Assembly (NCBI GenBank): GCA_944363835.1
Contig: CALVVJ010000002.1
Coordinates: 1-50,801, forward strand
Length of the DNA: 50,801 bases
Origin: an uncultured Bacilli bacterium
GTDB lineage: Bacteria > Bacillota_I > Bacilli_A > RF39 > UBA660
Reading direction: 5' to 3'
The translations under genes were made by a program, and so were the position numbers. Below the pieces are notes generated by a model. The model saw only the letters and a list, made by a program, of their open reading frames with translations. It did no database searches and was not told the origin of the DNA. Positions 18,730 through 28,551 of the stretch are shown here, piece by piece. Each line of letters begins with the position of its first letter. The stretch's first letter is position 1.

Positions 18730-21540
18730 TTATTTTACAACAATATTGACAATTCTTCCTGGTATGACAATTATTTTGACAATCTCCTTACCATCAATAT
18801 GTCTCTTTACATTTTCTTCATTCAAAGCTTTACTCTTAATGCTTTCTTCATCTTCATTAATAGAAATTTTTATTGAAGCTCGAAGTTTACCATTTACTTG
18901 TACACCAATTTCCTTTTCATCATCAATCGTTTTTGCTTCATCATATTTCGGCCAAATGCTTTCACATATTGGTTTATAACCCAATTCTTCATTCAACTCT
19001 TCAGTAATATGTGGAGCAATTGGATTAAGCAAAGTAAGCAATACATGATAATCTTCTCTAGTAATATTTTCTAATTCATCATAAGCATTTGTTAAAATCA
19101 TCAAAGTTGATATCGCTGTATTAAATGACATTGTAACTAAATCGTTTTGTACTTTCTTAATACTTTTGTGAATTATTTTTTCTAAATTCTTGGAATAATT
19201 ATCTCCATCAACTACTTTATCTTTCAAACGAATTACTTTATCTAGAAATCTCTTACATCCCTTTAATGAATCTGTATTCCATGGGCAATCACTTTGATAA
19301 TCTCCCATAAACATTTCATAAACTCGCAATGTATCTGCTCCAAATTCATTAACAATATCATCAGGATTTACTACATTACCTTTAGATTTACTCATCTTTT
19401 GATTATCACTACCAAGTACCATACCATGACTTACTCTTGTCCAAATCATTTCTTTACTTGGAACTAAACCAATATTATATAAAAATTGGACCCAGAATCT
19501 TGCATATAATAAGTGTCTTGCTGTATGTTCCATACCACCATTATACCAATCGACTCTTCGCCAATATTTCATCGCATCCATTCCCGCAAATTCTTTATCG
19601 TTATGTGGATCCATAAATCTTAAGAAATACCAACTTGATCCAGCCCAATTTGGCATTGTATCCGTTTCTCTTTTGGCAGGTCCTCCACATTTTGGACAAG
19701 TTGTATTCACCCAATCCGTAATCTTAGCTAGCGGACTTTCTCCATTGTCTGTAGGTTCATATTCCGCAACATCAGGAAGTAATAATGGCAAATCTTCTTC
19801 ATGCATCGGTTGCCAACCGCAATGTTCACAATAAATCATTGGAATTGGTTCACCCCAGAATCTTTGTCTTGAGAAAATCCAATCACGCATTTTATAATTA
19901 ACTTGTTTTTTACCACACTTATGTTCTTCTAAAAATTCTAACATCTTATTAATTGCATCTTCTTTATTTAAACCATCTAAGAATTCTGAATTAATATGTA
20001 TACCATCGCCTTCCATAGCTCCAGGTTTCATTGCATATTCAAAAGTTTTCTTATGAAGTCCATCGTTTACTTCTGCCATAATAGTACTCTTATCTACCCA
20101 TTCCAAATCAAATTTTTCATCATCATCCAAATTTTGATTATCTTGTTTATTACTTTTTAATTTAAATAAGAAACCTGTAGATTCTATATTAAAGTACTTA
20201 TCTTTATTGTAAGCATAATAATGATGATTTATCTTAGGAAGTTCGCAAACTAATTCAATATCTTTATATCCTGTTTCTTCTCCAATTTCTCGTTTAGCAC
20301 ACTCTATTGCCGTTTCTCCATCTTTAATAGTTCCTCCAATAAACAAACGGCCTCCCATTTCATGCCAATTAATTGTCAAATATTTATCATTATCTTCATC
20401 ATACAATATTGCTACAATCGAATTTTTCTTAGTTTCCCCTTCATGAGGCATTCCTGTTACTTCTTCCAATACTTGAATAATTGGAATATTGAATTTCATA
20501 GCAAACTCATAATCTCGTTCATCATGAGCAGGAACTGCCATAATAGCTCCAGTACCATAACTAGCAAGAACATAATCACTTATATAAATAGGTATTTTAA
20601 CCCCATTCACTGGATTAATAGCATAAGCCCCAGTAAAAACACCTGTTTTTTCCTTATTAAGTTCCGTTCTTTCCATTTCGTTTTTTAATAAGCAAGCTTC
20701 TTTATAGGCCTCTACTTCTTTTTTATGTTCATCAGCAGTTATTACATCCACTAATTTATGTTCTGGTGCAAGTACACAATAAGTTGCTCCAAATAAAGTG
20801 TCACATCTCGTTGTAAACACCGTAAACTCTTCTTCATGACCATCTATTTTAAATGTTACTTCTGCTCCAATCGACTTACCAATCCAATTAATTTGCCCAA
20901 GTTTTACCTTTTCCGCAAAGTTAGTATCATCTAATCCCTTAAGCAAATCTTCTGAATAATCACTCATTCGAAGCATCCATTGACTTTTTTCCTTCTGAAC
21001 AACTTGGGTACCACATCTTTCACATACTCCTCCAGCTGCATCTTCATTAGACAAAACTGTTTTACAATTTGGACACCAATTTACAGGAACTGTATCTTTA
21101 TAAGCCATTCCATGTTTATAAAATTCTAGAAATTGCCATTGTGTCCATTTATAATATTCAGGATCTGTCGTTGAAAATTCTCTATCCCAATCAAAGGAAA
21201 AACCTAAAGTTTGCATTTGTCTTTTAAATGTTTTAATATTTTCCTTTACAGCTTCTTTCGGATGAATATGATTCTTTATCGCATATTGTTCTGCTGGAGC
21301 CCCAAAAGCATCCCATCCCATTGGAAACAAAACATTATATCCTTGCATCCGCATCATTCTAGCCATTGCATCTTGGGCTGTATAACTCCGAACATGTCCA
21401 ACATGAAGCCCTGAACCAGATGGATAAGGAAATTCCACCAAAATATAATAAGGTTCTTTATTACTTCCCGTAACTGCCTCAAAACTTTTATGTTCTTCCC
21501 AATATTTTTGCCATTTTTTTTCTATTTTTTTACTATTCAT
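18730..21540 (-). CDS. leuS: leucine--tRNA ligase with an inserted Nudix-box domain
   Basis: HIGH (LHVGHVRSY), KMSKS (QKMSKSKGN), CP1 motifs TTRCDTLFG and GTGAIMAVPAHDERDYEFA, and YKMRDWIFSRQRFWGEPIP. At 936 aa it has an extra ~150-aa block that includes GTIKDGETAIECAKREIGEETGY. Confidence 0.95.
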   Translation of the reverse strand: MNSKKIEKKWQKYWEEHKSFEAVTGSNKEPYYILVEFPYPSGSGLHVGHVRSYTAQDAMARMMRMQGYNVLFPMGWDAFGAPAEQYAIKNHIHPKEAVKENIKTFKRQMQTLGFSFDWDREFSTTDPEYYKWTQWQFLEFYKHGMAYKDTVPVNWCPNCKTVLSNEDAAGGVCERCGTQVVQKEKSQWMLRMSDYSEDLLKGLDDTNFAEKVKLGQINWIGKSIGAEVTFKIDGHEEEFTVFTTRCDTLFGATYCVLAPEHKLVDVITADEHKKEVEAYKEACLLKNEMERTELNKEKTGVFTGAYAINPVNGVKIPIYISDYVLASYGTGAIMAVPAHDERDYEFAMKFNIPIIQVLEEVTGMPHEGETKKNSIVAILYDEDNDKYLTINWHEMGGRLFIGGTIKDGETAIECAKREIGEETGYKDIELVCELPKINHHYYAYNKDKYFNIESTGFLFKLKSNKQDNQNLDDDEKFDLEWVDKSTIMAEVNDGLHKKTFEYAMKPGAMEGDGIHINSEFLDGLNKEDAINKMLEFLEEHKCGKKQVNYKMRDWIFSRQRFWGEPIPMIYCEHCGWQPMHEEDLPLLLPDVAEYEPTDNGESPLAKITDWVNTTCPKCGGPAKRETDTMPNWAGSSWYFLRFMDPHNDKEFAGMDAMKYWRRVDWYNGGMEHTARHLLYARFWVQFLYNIGLVPSKEMIWTRVSHGMVLGSDNQKMSKSKGNVVNPDDIVNEFGADTLRVYEMFMGDYQSDCPWNTDSLKGCKRFLDKVIRLKDKVVDGDNYSKNLEKIIHKSIKKVQNDLVTMSFNTAISTLMILTNAYDELENITREDYHVLLTLLNPIAPHITEELNEELGYKPICESIWPKYDEAKTIDDEKEIGVQVNGKLRASIKISINEDEESIKSKALNEENVKRHIDGKEIVKIIVIPGRIVNIVVK

Positions 21541-21769
21541 CTTTCTTCCAACCTTTCTTAACTAAATGTCTACCTAATAATTCATATAATGCATAAATAA
21601 GTCCAAATAAGAGGACAAATCCTAAAAGTATTTGAAAAGGTAAATCCCAAGGAATACTATAAATTACCACAAATACAAAAGAAATAATAAATGCATTAAT
21701 GAGAGATGATAATATGAATACATAATTAAGATTCATTTTATTAACATCGAGTTTAAACTTGGGAATCAA
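21533..21769 (-). CDS. small membrane protein; probably the distal part of a TAG-interrupted gene starting at 21931
   Basis: 78-aa ORF with two TM segments and no visible RBS. It is in frame with the RBS-preceded 22-codon ORF 21863..21931. It overlaps the leuS start by 8 nt. Confidence 0.5.
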   Translation of the reverse strand: MIPKFKLDVNKMNLNYVFILSSLINAFIISFVFVVIYSIPWDLPFQILLGFVLLFGLIYALYELLGRHLVKKGWKKDE

Positions 21770-21942
21770 TATTGAAAAACCAATAAAATCTTCTAGTTTT
21801 TTATTTCTTTTTTTCTTCTTTACCTTTGAAATATTTTTATACCCTCTTTTTAAAACCCAAAACTAATTAACTAAACATATCATTATAAATAAAGATCCAC
21901 CCCAAATTAAGGTTAAAACAAATTCATTCATAACTACCTCCC

Positions 21943-22134
21943 AAAAATAAAAAAGATGGTTCCTAAAGGACGAGTTTTCCCGTGGTACCACCTTAATTGC
22001 TTCTTTAATAATTGATAAGGAAATTACCCCAATACATCCAAAAGCAAGTTCAATTATTATGTTCATTAGTTTCCACCAACCACTAATTCTCTATTAAAAC
22101 AATCATAATTTACTACTCTTTTTTCATCTGCTTG
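21943..22134 (-). promoter_or_regulatory. T-box riboswitch leader, Leu (CUU) specifier
   Basis: On the minus strand: Stem I start GCAGATGAAAAAAGAGTAG; AGAGA plus the distal GTGGTTGGTGGAAAC; specifier context GAA-CUU-G (CUU at 22046-22048); T-box AAGGTGGTACCACGG (about 21979-21996). Terminator GGTGGTACC...GGAACCATC is followed by TTTTTTATTTTT (21943-21992). Confidence 0.8.
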
Positions 22135-22140
22135 TAACAT

Positions 22141-22169
22141 ATTATATTAGATTTCTGCTAAGTATTCAA
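22141..22169 (-). promoter_or_regulatory. sigma-A-type promoter for the T-box/leuS unit
   Basis: Minus strand TTGAAT (22164-22169), 17 nt, TATAAT (22141-22146). It overlaps the last codons and stop of the GH31 gene. Confidence 0.55.
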
Positions 22170-24555
22170 GTAGTTTTATAAACATTCTTACAAATCTTCT
22201 ATCTAATCCATGTAATTTTTTTATTCTAATTCTCTTTACTTTTATATCTAAATCACTAAAGAATATATTAGCTATCTCTTCTTTTAATTTAGTTGTTATT
22301 TTTAAATCACTAATAATAGAATTAACATCTTCATTAATAATTCTAACTGCATTAATTTCAATGTCTTTTCCTTTACAATTAACTGTTAATTGTTTTGTCG
22401 TATCGACATTTTTTATATCAACTACAAAATCGTTTTCATCTTCATAGCATTCATACTCTAAATTAGCCATTTCTCCGTTTAAAAATATTTCTACGCTATC
22501 AGCAGTTCTTGTATTTCTAAAACGAATTTTATAATCCCTCAATCTTGGAATTATTTCTGTTTTTCCTTCTGTTGGATGAATAATTAATGTATAGTTATTT
22601 TGTAAATAATTATAATCTATATCCGTAACTATATAATACCCTTCTTCATGTAATTTAGTTATACCATCATCTTCATATAATTTAAAGACGTTACTTTGTC
22701 CCGGAAATACATTTATTTCCATACTTCGTGGAACATTCGTATCATTAATATTTTTTTCCAAATTAGCCAATGGTATTATTGCTCCAGCTCGAGCAAATAT
22801 TGGATATTCTTCTTCTTTATAAAACACTACATATCTTTTATTACCTACAAACTTTTTTCCCGTTTTAAAATCATACCAAATACCTTTGGGCAAAAATACT
22901 CTTTCGATTGACCTATTCATTGTAATATCTTTTGGCTTAGTAATTGGAGCAATAAATAATTCTTTTCCAAAATAATACTCATTCCGATAAGTTGGTTCAT
23001 CGTAAATTTCCGGATAAGTATAATATATCGGTTGGATTAAAGGCCTACCTGTTTTATGATACTCATACGCTGCCGTATATAAATATGGAATAAGCCTTTG
23101 ACGAAGCCAACAATACTCACGAGCAATCGTAAATGTTTTTACATCCCACATCCAAGGCTCTCTTTTGTAATAAACTCCTCTTTTAGCACTAAATCTAAAT
23201 ATTGGACTAAAAGTTGAAAACTGAACGTATCGCAGATACAACTCGCTATCTTCAATTCCATCTTTATATCCCCCAACATCATGACTCCACCAAGAAACTC
23301 CTTTGTTCGCAGCCATTGAATTATAAAAAGGCAAAAACTTAAGAGTATCCCAAGAAACAATAGTTTCTCCCGAATATAAGATTCCCGCCCGATGCGGCGC
23401 AACTAATGGACTACGTGTCAAAACTAAAGGTCTTGTGTTTTTTATTCTATCAAAATCTTTATTATAATAATATTGTAAAACCTGTATAGTATCTAAATCT
23501 TTTTTATAATCCAACCAAAACAAATCGACACCAACATCCAACAATGGATCGATTAAATGTTTTACATATGCTGCCATAAAATTTTTATCAAAAGCATTAA
23601 AAGGAATTGTTACCCCATCTGCTACATTTAATTCCTCCGCAACATTTAAATATCTTTCTTCTTCTTTTCTTACACCTTCACTAGGATCTATATTAAGACC
23701 TATTCTTACACCTCGATCATGCATATATTTTATAAAATCTGCTGGATTTGGGAATAAATCTCGATTAAAAGAAAACCCGGTGCGATATAAATTATAATCT
23801 TTAGGATCTTTGATATGCCAAAATTCACTTAATAATAATACTGATAAAGGAATTTGATATCTATTAAACGCTTTAATTAATGATTTAGAATCATCAAATC
23901 CATATATTTTTTCTCTATTCCACCATATTCCTAAAGAATATCTAGGAATTAATGGCGGATATCCAGTTAACATGAAATAATCCCTTAAACACATACCAAA
24001 ATCTCTTTTATACATGAATAGATAAAGGTCTACTTTATTTACATCTGGTTTTTTCATAAAACCACTAGCATCTATTTCAAAATTACCAGAATCATCAATT
24101 GAAACAAAACCATCAGTTGAATATAACCCTTTATCAAGTCTTACTCTACCTTTATAATCATCTAAACTTATAGCTCCACCTTTAAAATTACGAGCCTCTG
24201 CTTGACCATAAAACCACATCTTATCAGTATTTAGTAACACTACCTTCAAATTAGAATCTGGAGCAAACTTTGGCCCTAAAAATGGCTTGTTCTTCAAATA
24301 TTGTAACATAAAATAACTAGTAGTAATTACTAAATAAGTTTGATCTTGTTCTACCTTAAATTGTGGAACACTAAACTTTCGATTCCTAACTAAAGTTGTC
24401 AAATCATCAGAAAAATGTCCATCAACACTATATTCAAGACGAACCAATCTTTCACTTAAAACAGTAATTCGATAATTTTGTCCTCGAAACACAGCCCGTT
24501 CATTAGCTTCTGACTTAGTTAAATCTGGAGCAAAATGGGCATCAAAACTAGCCAT
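22147..24555 (-). CDS. glycoside hydrolase family 31 (alpha-glucosidase / alpha-xylosidase-like)
   Basis: GH31-like blocks GVDLFWLDY (nucleophile region) and WWSHDVGGY, at a size typical of the family. The ATG at 24555 is preferred over the TTG at 24558. Confidence 0.75.
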   Translation of the reverse strand: MASFDAHFAPDLTKSEANERAVFRGQNYRITVLSERLVRLEYSVDGHFSDDLTTLVRNRKFSVPQFKVEQDQTYLVITTSYFMLQYLKNKPFLGPKFAPDSNLKVVLLNTDKMWFYGQAEARNFKGGAISLDDYKGRVRLDKGLYSTDGFVSIDDSGNFEIDASGFMKKPDVNKVDLYLFMYKRDFGMCLRDYFMLTGYPPLIPRYSLGIWWNREKIYGFDDSKSLIKAFNRYQIPLSVLLLSEFWHIKDPKDYNLYRTGFSFNRDLFPNPADFIKYMHDRGVRIGLNIDPSEGVRKEEERYLNVAEELNVADGVTIPFNAFDKNFMAAYVKHLIDPLLDVGVDLFWLDYKKDLDTIQVLQYYYNKDFDRIKNTRPLVLTRSPLVAPHRAGILYSGETIVSWDTLKFLPFYNSMAANKGVSWWSHDVGGYKDGIEDSELYLRYVQFSTFSPIFRFSAKRGVYYKREPWMWDVKTFTIAREYCWLRQRLIPYLYTAAYEYHKTGRPLIQPIYYTYPEIYDEPTYRNEYYFGKELFIAPITKPKDITMNRSIERVFLPKGIWYDFKTGKKFVGNKRYVVFYKEEEYPIFARAGAIIPLANLEKNINDTNVPRSMEINVFPGQSNVFKLYEDDGITKLHEEGYYIVTDIDYNYLQNNYTLIIHPTEGKTEIIPRLRDYKIRFRNTRTADSVEIFLNGEMANLEYECYEDENDFVVDIKNVDTTKQLTVNCKGKDIEINAVRIINEDVNSIISDLKITTKLKEEIANIFFSDLDIKVKRIRIKKLHGLDRRFVRMFIKLLEYLAEI

Positions 24556-24587
24556 CAAACTTCACCCTTTTCTCTATTAGAATATTA

Positions 24588-25676
24588 TCATTTTTCTTGG
24601 TATTTATCAATTATTTCTTTTAAAAATTCATCACTTTCAAAATAATCTATCTTCATTGCTTGCTTAACTTTTTTTAAAGTACCTTGAGCATATTCTCGAG
24701 CATCTTTTGTTCCTTTTTCTAAAACTCGATAAACATACTCAATATTTTGACTCAACGCTTCCCGTCTTTCTCTTATTGGTTTTAATAATTCTTGTAAAAT
24801 ATTATTCAAGAATTTCTTAATAACCATATCTCCAAGACCTCCCCTTTGATAATGGGCTTTGAGTTCATCTAAATTCTTATACTCCGGCAAATACTTTACA
24901 AAATCTTCATCTTTAGCAAAAACATCTAAATATGTAAATACTACATTACCTTCAACTTGCCCTGGATCGTCAACTTTAATATGATTTGGATCTGTATACA
25001 TACTCATTACTTTCTTTTTAATTGTTTCCGCATCATCTGCTAAATAGATACAATTACCTAAGGATTTACTCATCTTTGCTTTTCCATCAGTCCCAGGTAA
25101 CCGTTGTTCTACTTCACTATCTGGTATTTTCGCCTCAGGCATTACTAAAGTTTCACCATAAATGTTATTAAAACTATGAACAATCTCTCTAGTTTGTTCA
25201 ATCATTGGTAATTGATCTACTCCAACTGGCACACAAGTAGCATCAAATGCAGTAATATCTGCTGCTTGACTTATAGGATAATTTAAAAATCCCACTGGGA
25301 TACTTTTCTCAAATCCCCGTAATCCGATTTCATTTTTTACTGTTGGATTTCTTTGCAATCTACTCAAAGTTACCAAATTCATATAATAAAATGTAAGTTC
25401 CGTAAGTTCACTAACTTCTGATTGAACTAAAATTGTAGTCTTTTCTGGATCTATTCCTACCGCCAAATAATCTAATGCCACTTCCATAACATTATCCCTT
25501 ACTTTACTAGGATTATCAAAATTATCTGTTAAAGCCTGAGCATCAGCTATCATAATATATATTTTGTCAAATTCTCCACTATTTTGTAAAGCAACTCTAT
25601 TTTTTAAAGAGCCAACATAATGTCCTAAATGTAAACGTCCTGTAGGACGATCTCCAGTTAATATAATCTTTTTCAT
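24588..25676 (-). CDS. trpS: tryptophan--tRNA ligase
   Basis: [19 protein letters not shown] (HIGH region) and KMSKS. The ATG at 25676 follows GGAGG; the ORF-track ATG at 25688 overlaps that RBS. Confidence 0.85.
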   Translation of the reverse strand: MKKIILTGDRPTGRLHLGHYVGSLKNRVALQNSGEFDKIYIMIADAQALTDNFDNPSKVRDNVMEVALDYLAVGIDPEKTTILVQSEVSELTELTFYYMNLVTLSRLQRNPTVKNEIGLRGFEKSIPVGFLNYPISQAADITAFDATCVPVGVDQLPMIEQTREIVHSFNNIYGETLVMPEAKIPDSEVEQRLPGTDGKAKMSKSLGNCIYLADDAETIKKKVMSMYTDPNHIKVDDPGQVEGNVVFTYLDVFAKDEDFVKYLPEYKNLDELKAHYQRGGLGDMVIKKFLNNILQELLKPIRERREALSQNIEYVYRVLEKGTKDAREYAQGTLKKVKQAMKIDYFESDEFLKEIIDKYQEK

Positions 25677-25779
25677 TGCAACCTCCATATTTACAATATT
25701 ATAACATGAGAAAACAAGAAAAACTATTGTAAAATTATAACTCGTGTTATAATAAACTTATATCGAAGGAGGTTTTTAC

Positions 25780-27156
25780 ATGTTATATGAAATAGATTCA
25801 CGTAAAATTAAGAAAGGGCAAATATTTGTAGCTCTAAAAGGACACACCGTTGATGGCCATGATTATATCAAACAAGCCATTGAAAATGGTGCAGCCAAAG
25901 TTATCGCTGAAAAGGAAGTAGAATGCTCTGTTCCACTAGAAGTTGTTCCCTCAACTGAAGAATACTTAAAACATGCTTTAGTTAAAGAATACAAAGATAA
26001 AGTTAACAAATTAAAAATAATAGGAATAACAGGAACTAATGGTAAAACAACCACTGCCTATCTTACTTATCAATTATTAAATTTGCTTGGTGAGAAATGT
26101 GGATATATTGGTACCTTAGGATTTAAATATAAAGACCTATCTAATGAAACTGACAATACAACACCAAATATACTAGTACTTTACAATTTATTGCTCAAAC
26201 TTGTCGACGAAGGATGTCAAACAGTTGTCATGGAAATAAGTTCTCATGCTCTAGCATTTGAACGTATCTATGGACTACATTTAGATATCGTTGCCTTCAC
26301 CAACCTAACTGAAGACCATCTAGATTATCATAAAACTATGGAAAATTATCTAAACGCTAAACTAAAAATCTTAGATTATTTAGTTCCAAACGGAGGACTT
26401 ATCGTCAATGGGGATGATGAAGCTAGCCAAAAATTCATTGATAAATTTCAAAAAGGTATTCGCCTAGGTTTCAAACCGGAATATGATTACTTTATTAAAA
26501 AAACAAATATAACACCAGCTGAAACTGATATCGACTTTGTTTACAACAACAAAGATTATCATGTTACAACTAATTTGACAAGCAAATTTAATGTTTACAA
26601 CTATATTACAGCTTTAGCTATAGTTCATTCCCTAGGTTATAACGTTGATAGCATCATTACTGAAACAAATAAACTTCATGCTCCAAAAGGTCGATGCGAA
26701 ACTCATAAAGTAAATGGTGGCTACGCTGTAATCGATTATGCCCATACTCCAGATGCTGTTGAAAAAGTAATTGAGGCTTATAATGAACTTAAAACTAATC
26801 GTGTCATTACAATTGTTGGATGTGGTGGAGATCGCGACCCAATTAAAAGACCAATTATGGGAAGAATTGCTACTGAATTAAGTGATTACGCTATCCTTAC
26901 AAGTGATAATCCAAGAACTGAAGATCCTGCTAAAATTATGGAAGATATTTTAAAAGGTGTAACGACTAATAACTATGAAGTTGAACTTGATCGCCGCACT
27001 GCTATTAAAAAAGGGATTGAAATGCTTGAACCAGAAGATATTTTATTAATTCTTGGCAAAGGACATGAAGACTATCAAATTATTGGACACACTAAAATAC
27101 ACCTAGATGATGCTGAAGAAGTGGAAAATTGGAAAGAAGAACACAAAAAAAATTAA
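25780..27156 (+). CDS. murE: UDP-N-acetylmuramoyl-L-alanyl-D-glutamate--2,6-diaminopimelate ligase
   Basis: Mur ligase P-loop GITGTNGKTTT. The DNPR motif (LTSDNPRTEDP) is associated with meso-DAP specificity. AGGAGG RBS. Confidence 0.9.
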   Translation: MLYEIDSRKIKKGQIFVALKGHTVDGHDYIKQAIENGAAKVIAEKEVECSVPLEVVPSTEEYLKHALVKEYKDKVNKLKIIGITGTNGKTTTAYLTYQLLNLLGEKCGYIGTLGFKYKDLSNETDNTTPNILVLYNLLLKLVDEGCQTVVMEISSHALAFERIYGLHLDIVAFTNLTEDHLDYHKTMENYLNAKLKILDYLVPNGGLIVNGDDEASQKFIDKFQKGIRLGFKPEYDYFIKKTNITPAETDIDFVYNNKDYHVTTNLTSKFNVYNYITALAIVHSLGYNVDSIITETNKLHAPKGRCETHKVNGGYAVIDYAHTPDAVEKVIEAYNELKTNRVITIVGCGGDRDPIKRPIMGRIATELSDYAILTSDNPRTEDPAKIMEDILKGVTTNNYEVELDRRTAIKKGIEMLEPEDILLILGKGHEDYQIIGHTKIHLDDAEEVENWKEEHKKN

Positions 27157-27164
27157 GAAAAGTA

Positions 27165-27194
27165 TTGCAAAATATAAGCTTCATGTGATATAAT
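27165..27194 (+). promoter_or_regulatory. promoter of tRNA-Gly
   Basis: TTGCAA (27165-27170), 18 nt, TATAAT (27189-27194), with an upstream TG. Confidence 0.6.
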
Positions 27195-27212
27195 CTTTCA
27201 CGTGAAGCCAAT

Positions 27213-27286
27213 GCAGGTGTAGTTTAATGGTAGAATAAGAGCCTTCCAAGCTCCTGACGTGAGTTCGATTCTCATCACCTGCTCCA
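27213..27286 (+). tRNA. tRNA-Gly (anticodon UCC), CCA encoded
   Basis: Acceptor stem GCAGGTG/CACCTGC, D-arm GTTTAATGGTAGAA, anticodon loop CTTCCAA, T-arm GAGTTCGATTCTC, 3' TCCA. Confidence 0.9.
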
Positions 27287-27295
27287 TTTGAAAAC

Positions 27296-27325
27296 AACTT
27301 ACGGACTGTAAAATGTCCGTAAGTT
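27296..27325. terminator. bidirectional rho-independent terminator
   Basis: AACTTACGGAC-8nt-GTCCGTAAGTT followed by TTATTTT. It lies between the tRNA and the convergent gene. Confidence 0.8.
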
Positions 27326-28432
27326 TTATTTTCTATTAATTATTATTAAAGGAATATATATTTCATCATCACTATAACCAGCATGTTGTGAAAAAAGTTT
27401 TGAATTATTCTTTGTAACCAATGCTTTATTAGAGTTAGTTGCAATAGCAATAAAATCCCCAATAGCACTTTTAAATAAAGGATTTTCCACACCATCTCCA
27501 AATAATTTACTATTAATTATCTCTTCTTTAGTATACAAATTAAAATATTCTCCGAAAAGTTTACTAAATAACTTCGCAAATTTATCTTGCATTCCATCAT
27601 TTACTTTAAACGAAACCGCTCTTTCTTCAAGTGATGGAGTTCTTTCTAACATAGACATCAATTCTGGATAATCATCAAGCAAAATATTATCAACAACTAT
27701 ATGTCCATGATCTGCAATAACAAAAACTATCGTATCATCTAGATTCGCGCACAATTTTTCAACCTTTTCACTCCTTTTATTAATAAGTTTTATTACCTCA
27801 TTACTATCTGGCCCCAAATTATGCATTGTATAATCAGGTTCTTCATCATAAGCATAAATATATTTTTTCCCTTTACTTTTACATTCTTCTTCAATAATAC
27901 CTAACATATCATCTAAATCTTTATAATGATTATCTCCAAAAGGGAACAAAGAAACTGCCCTATACTTTCCTATATCATTAATTTCTTCAGTAATCTCTTT
28001 ATAATTAAAATACCTCTTCTTAACGGCAGTAAAACCTTCATTATACTTTCCATCTTCTTTATTTGTTCCAAAAAACATCTTTATTGTTTTATCGAGTGGT
28101 TCAATATATGTATACCACCCCAAATAACCATGTTCCACTGGATTAAGGCCTGTTCTCATTGAAATAGTTGCTGCTGTAGTTGTTGCTGGAAAAACAGTAG
28201 TTATCTCCCTAACCATATTCTTAAGAAAAAAAGCATCTTTATCTAAAGCCCTTTTAAGTATTCTAGAACCCATTCCATCAAATAAAATCACTACTACATT
28301 TTTAGGTTTTTTTTCATTCAACAACCTATCAACATATTCTAAAGTATTATGCTTATATTCTAAACCAAAATATTTTCTAATAGAACATGCTAAGTTAGTA
28401 ATGCATTCATTATAATTATTCTTTATATTCAT
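27326..28432 (-). CDS. alkaline-phosphatase-superfamily protein (nucleotide pyrophosphatase / phosphodiesterase-like)
   Basis: Metal and nucleophile motifs VVILFDGMG, PATTTAATISMRTG and VIADHGH. Confidence 0.7.
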   Translation of the reverse strand: MNIKNNYNECITNLACSIRKYFGLEYKHNTLEYVDRLLNEKKPKNVVVILFDGMGSRILKRALDKDAFFLKNMVREITTVFPATTTAATISMRTGLNPVEHGYLGWYTYIEPLDKTIKMFFGTNKEDGKYNEGFTAVKKRYFNYKEITEEINDIGKYRAVSLFPFGDNHYKDLDDMLGIIEEECKSKGKKYIYAYDEEPDYTMHNLGPDSNEVIKLINKRSEKVEKLCANLDDTIVFVIADHGHIVVDNILLDDYPELMSMLERTPSLEERAVSFKVNDGMQDKFAKLFSKLFGEYFNLYTKEEIINSKLFGDGVENPLFKSAIGDFIAIATNSNKALVTKNNSKLFSQHAGYSDDEIYIPLIIINRK

Positions 28433-28551
28433 AAGTCCTCCCTAATTATCTAAAGTTTACCACATAATTTTTAATTTTACCATTTAAAACCATCTTTACG
28501 CTAACATAAAAATATGTTATTATCTAGTTATGATAGAAAGGAAGAAAACTT

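Noticed and set aside
21863-22066. 67-aa ORF called on the minus strand
   Set aside because: Most of it overlies the T-box leader, whose conserved GGTGGTACC box and terminator lie inside the ORF. Only the last 22 codons, which follow a GGGAGG RBS, might be translated.
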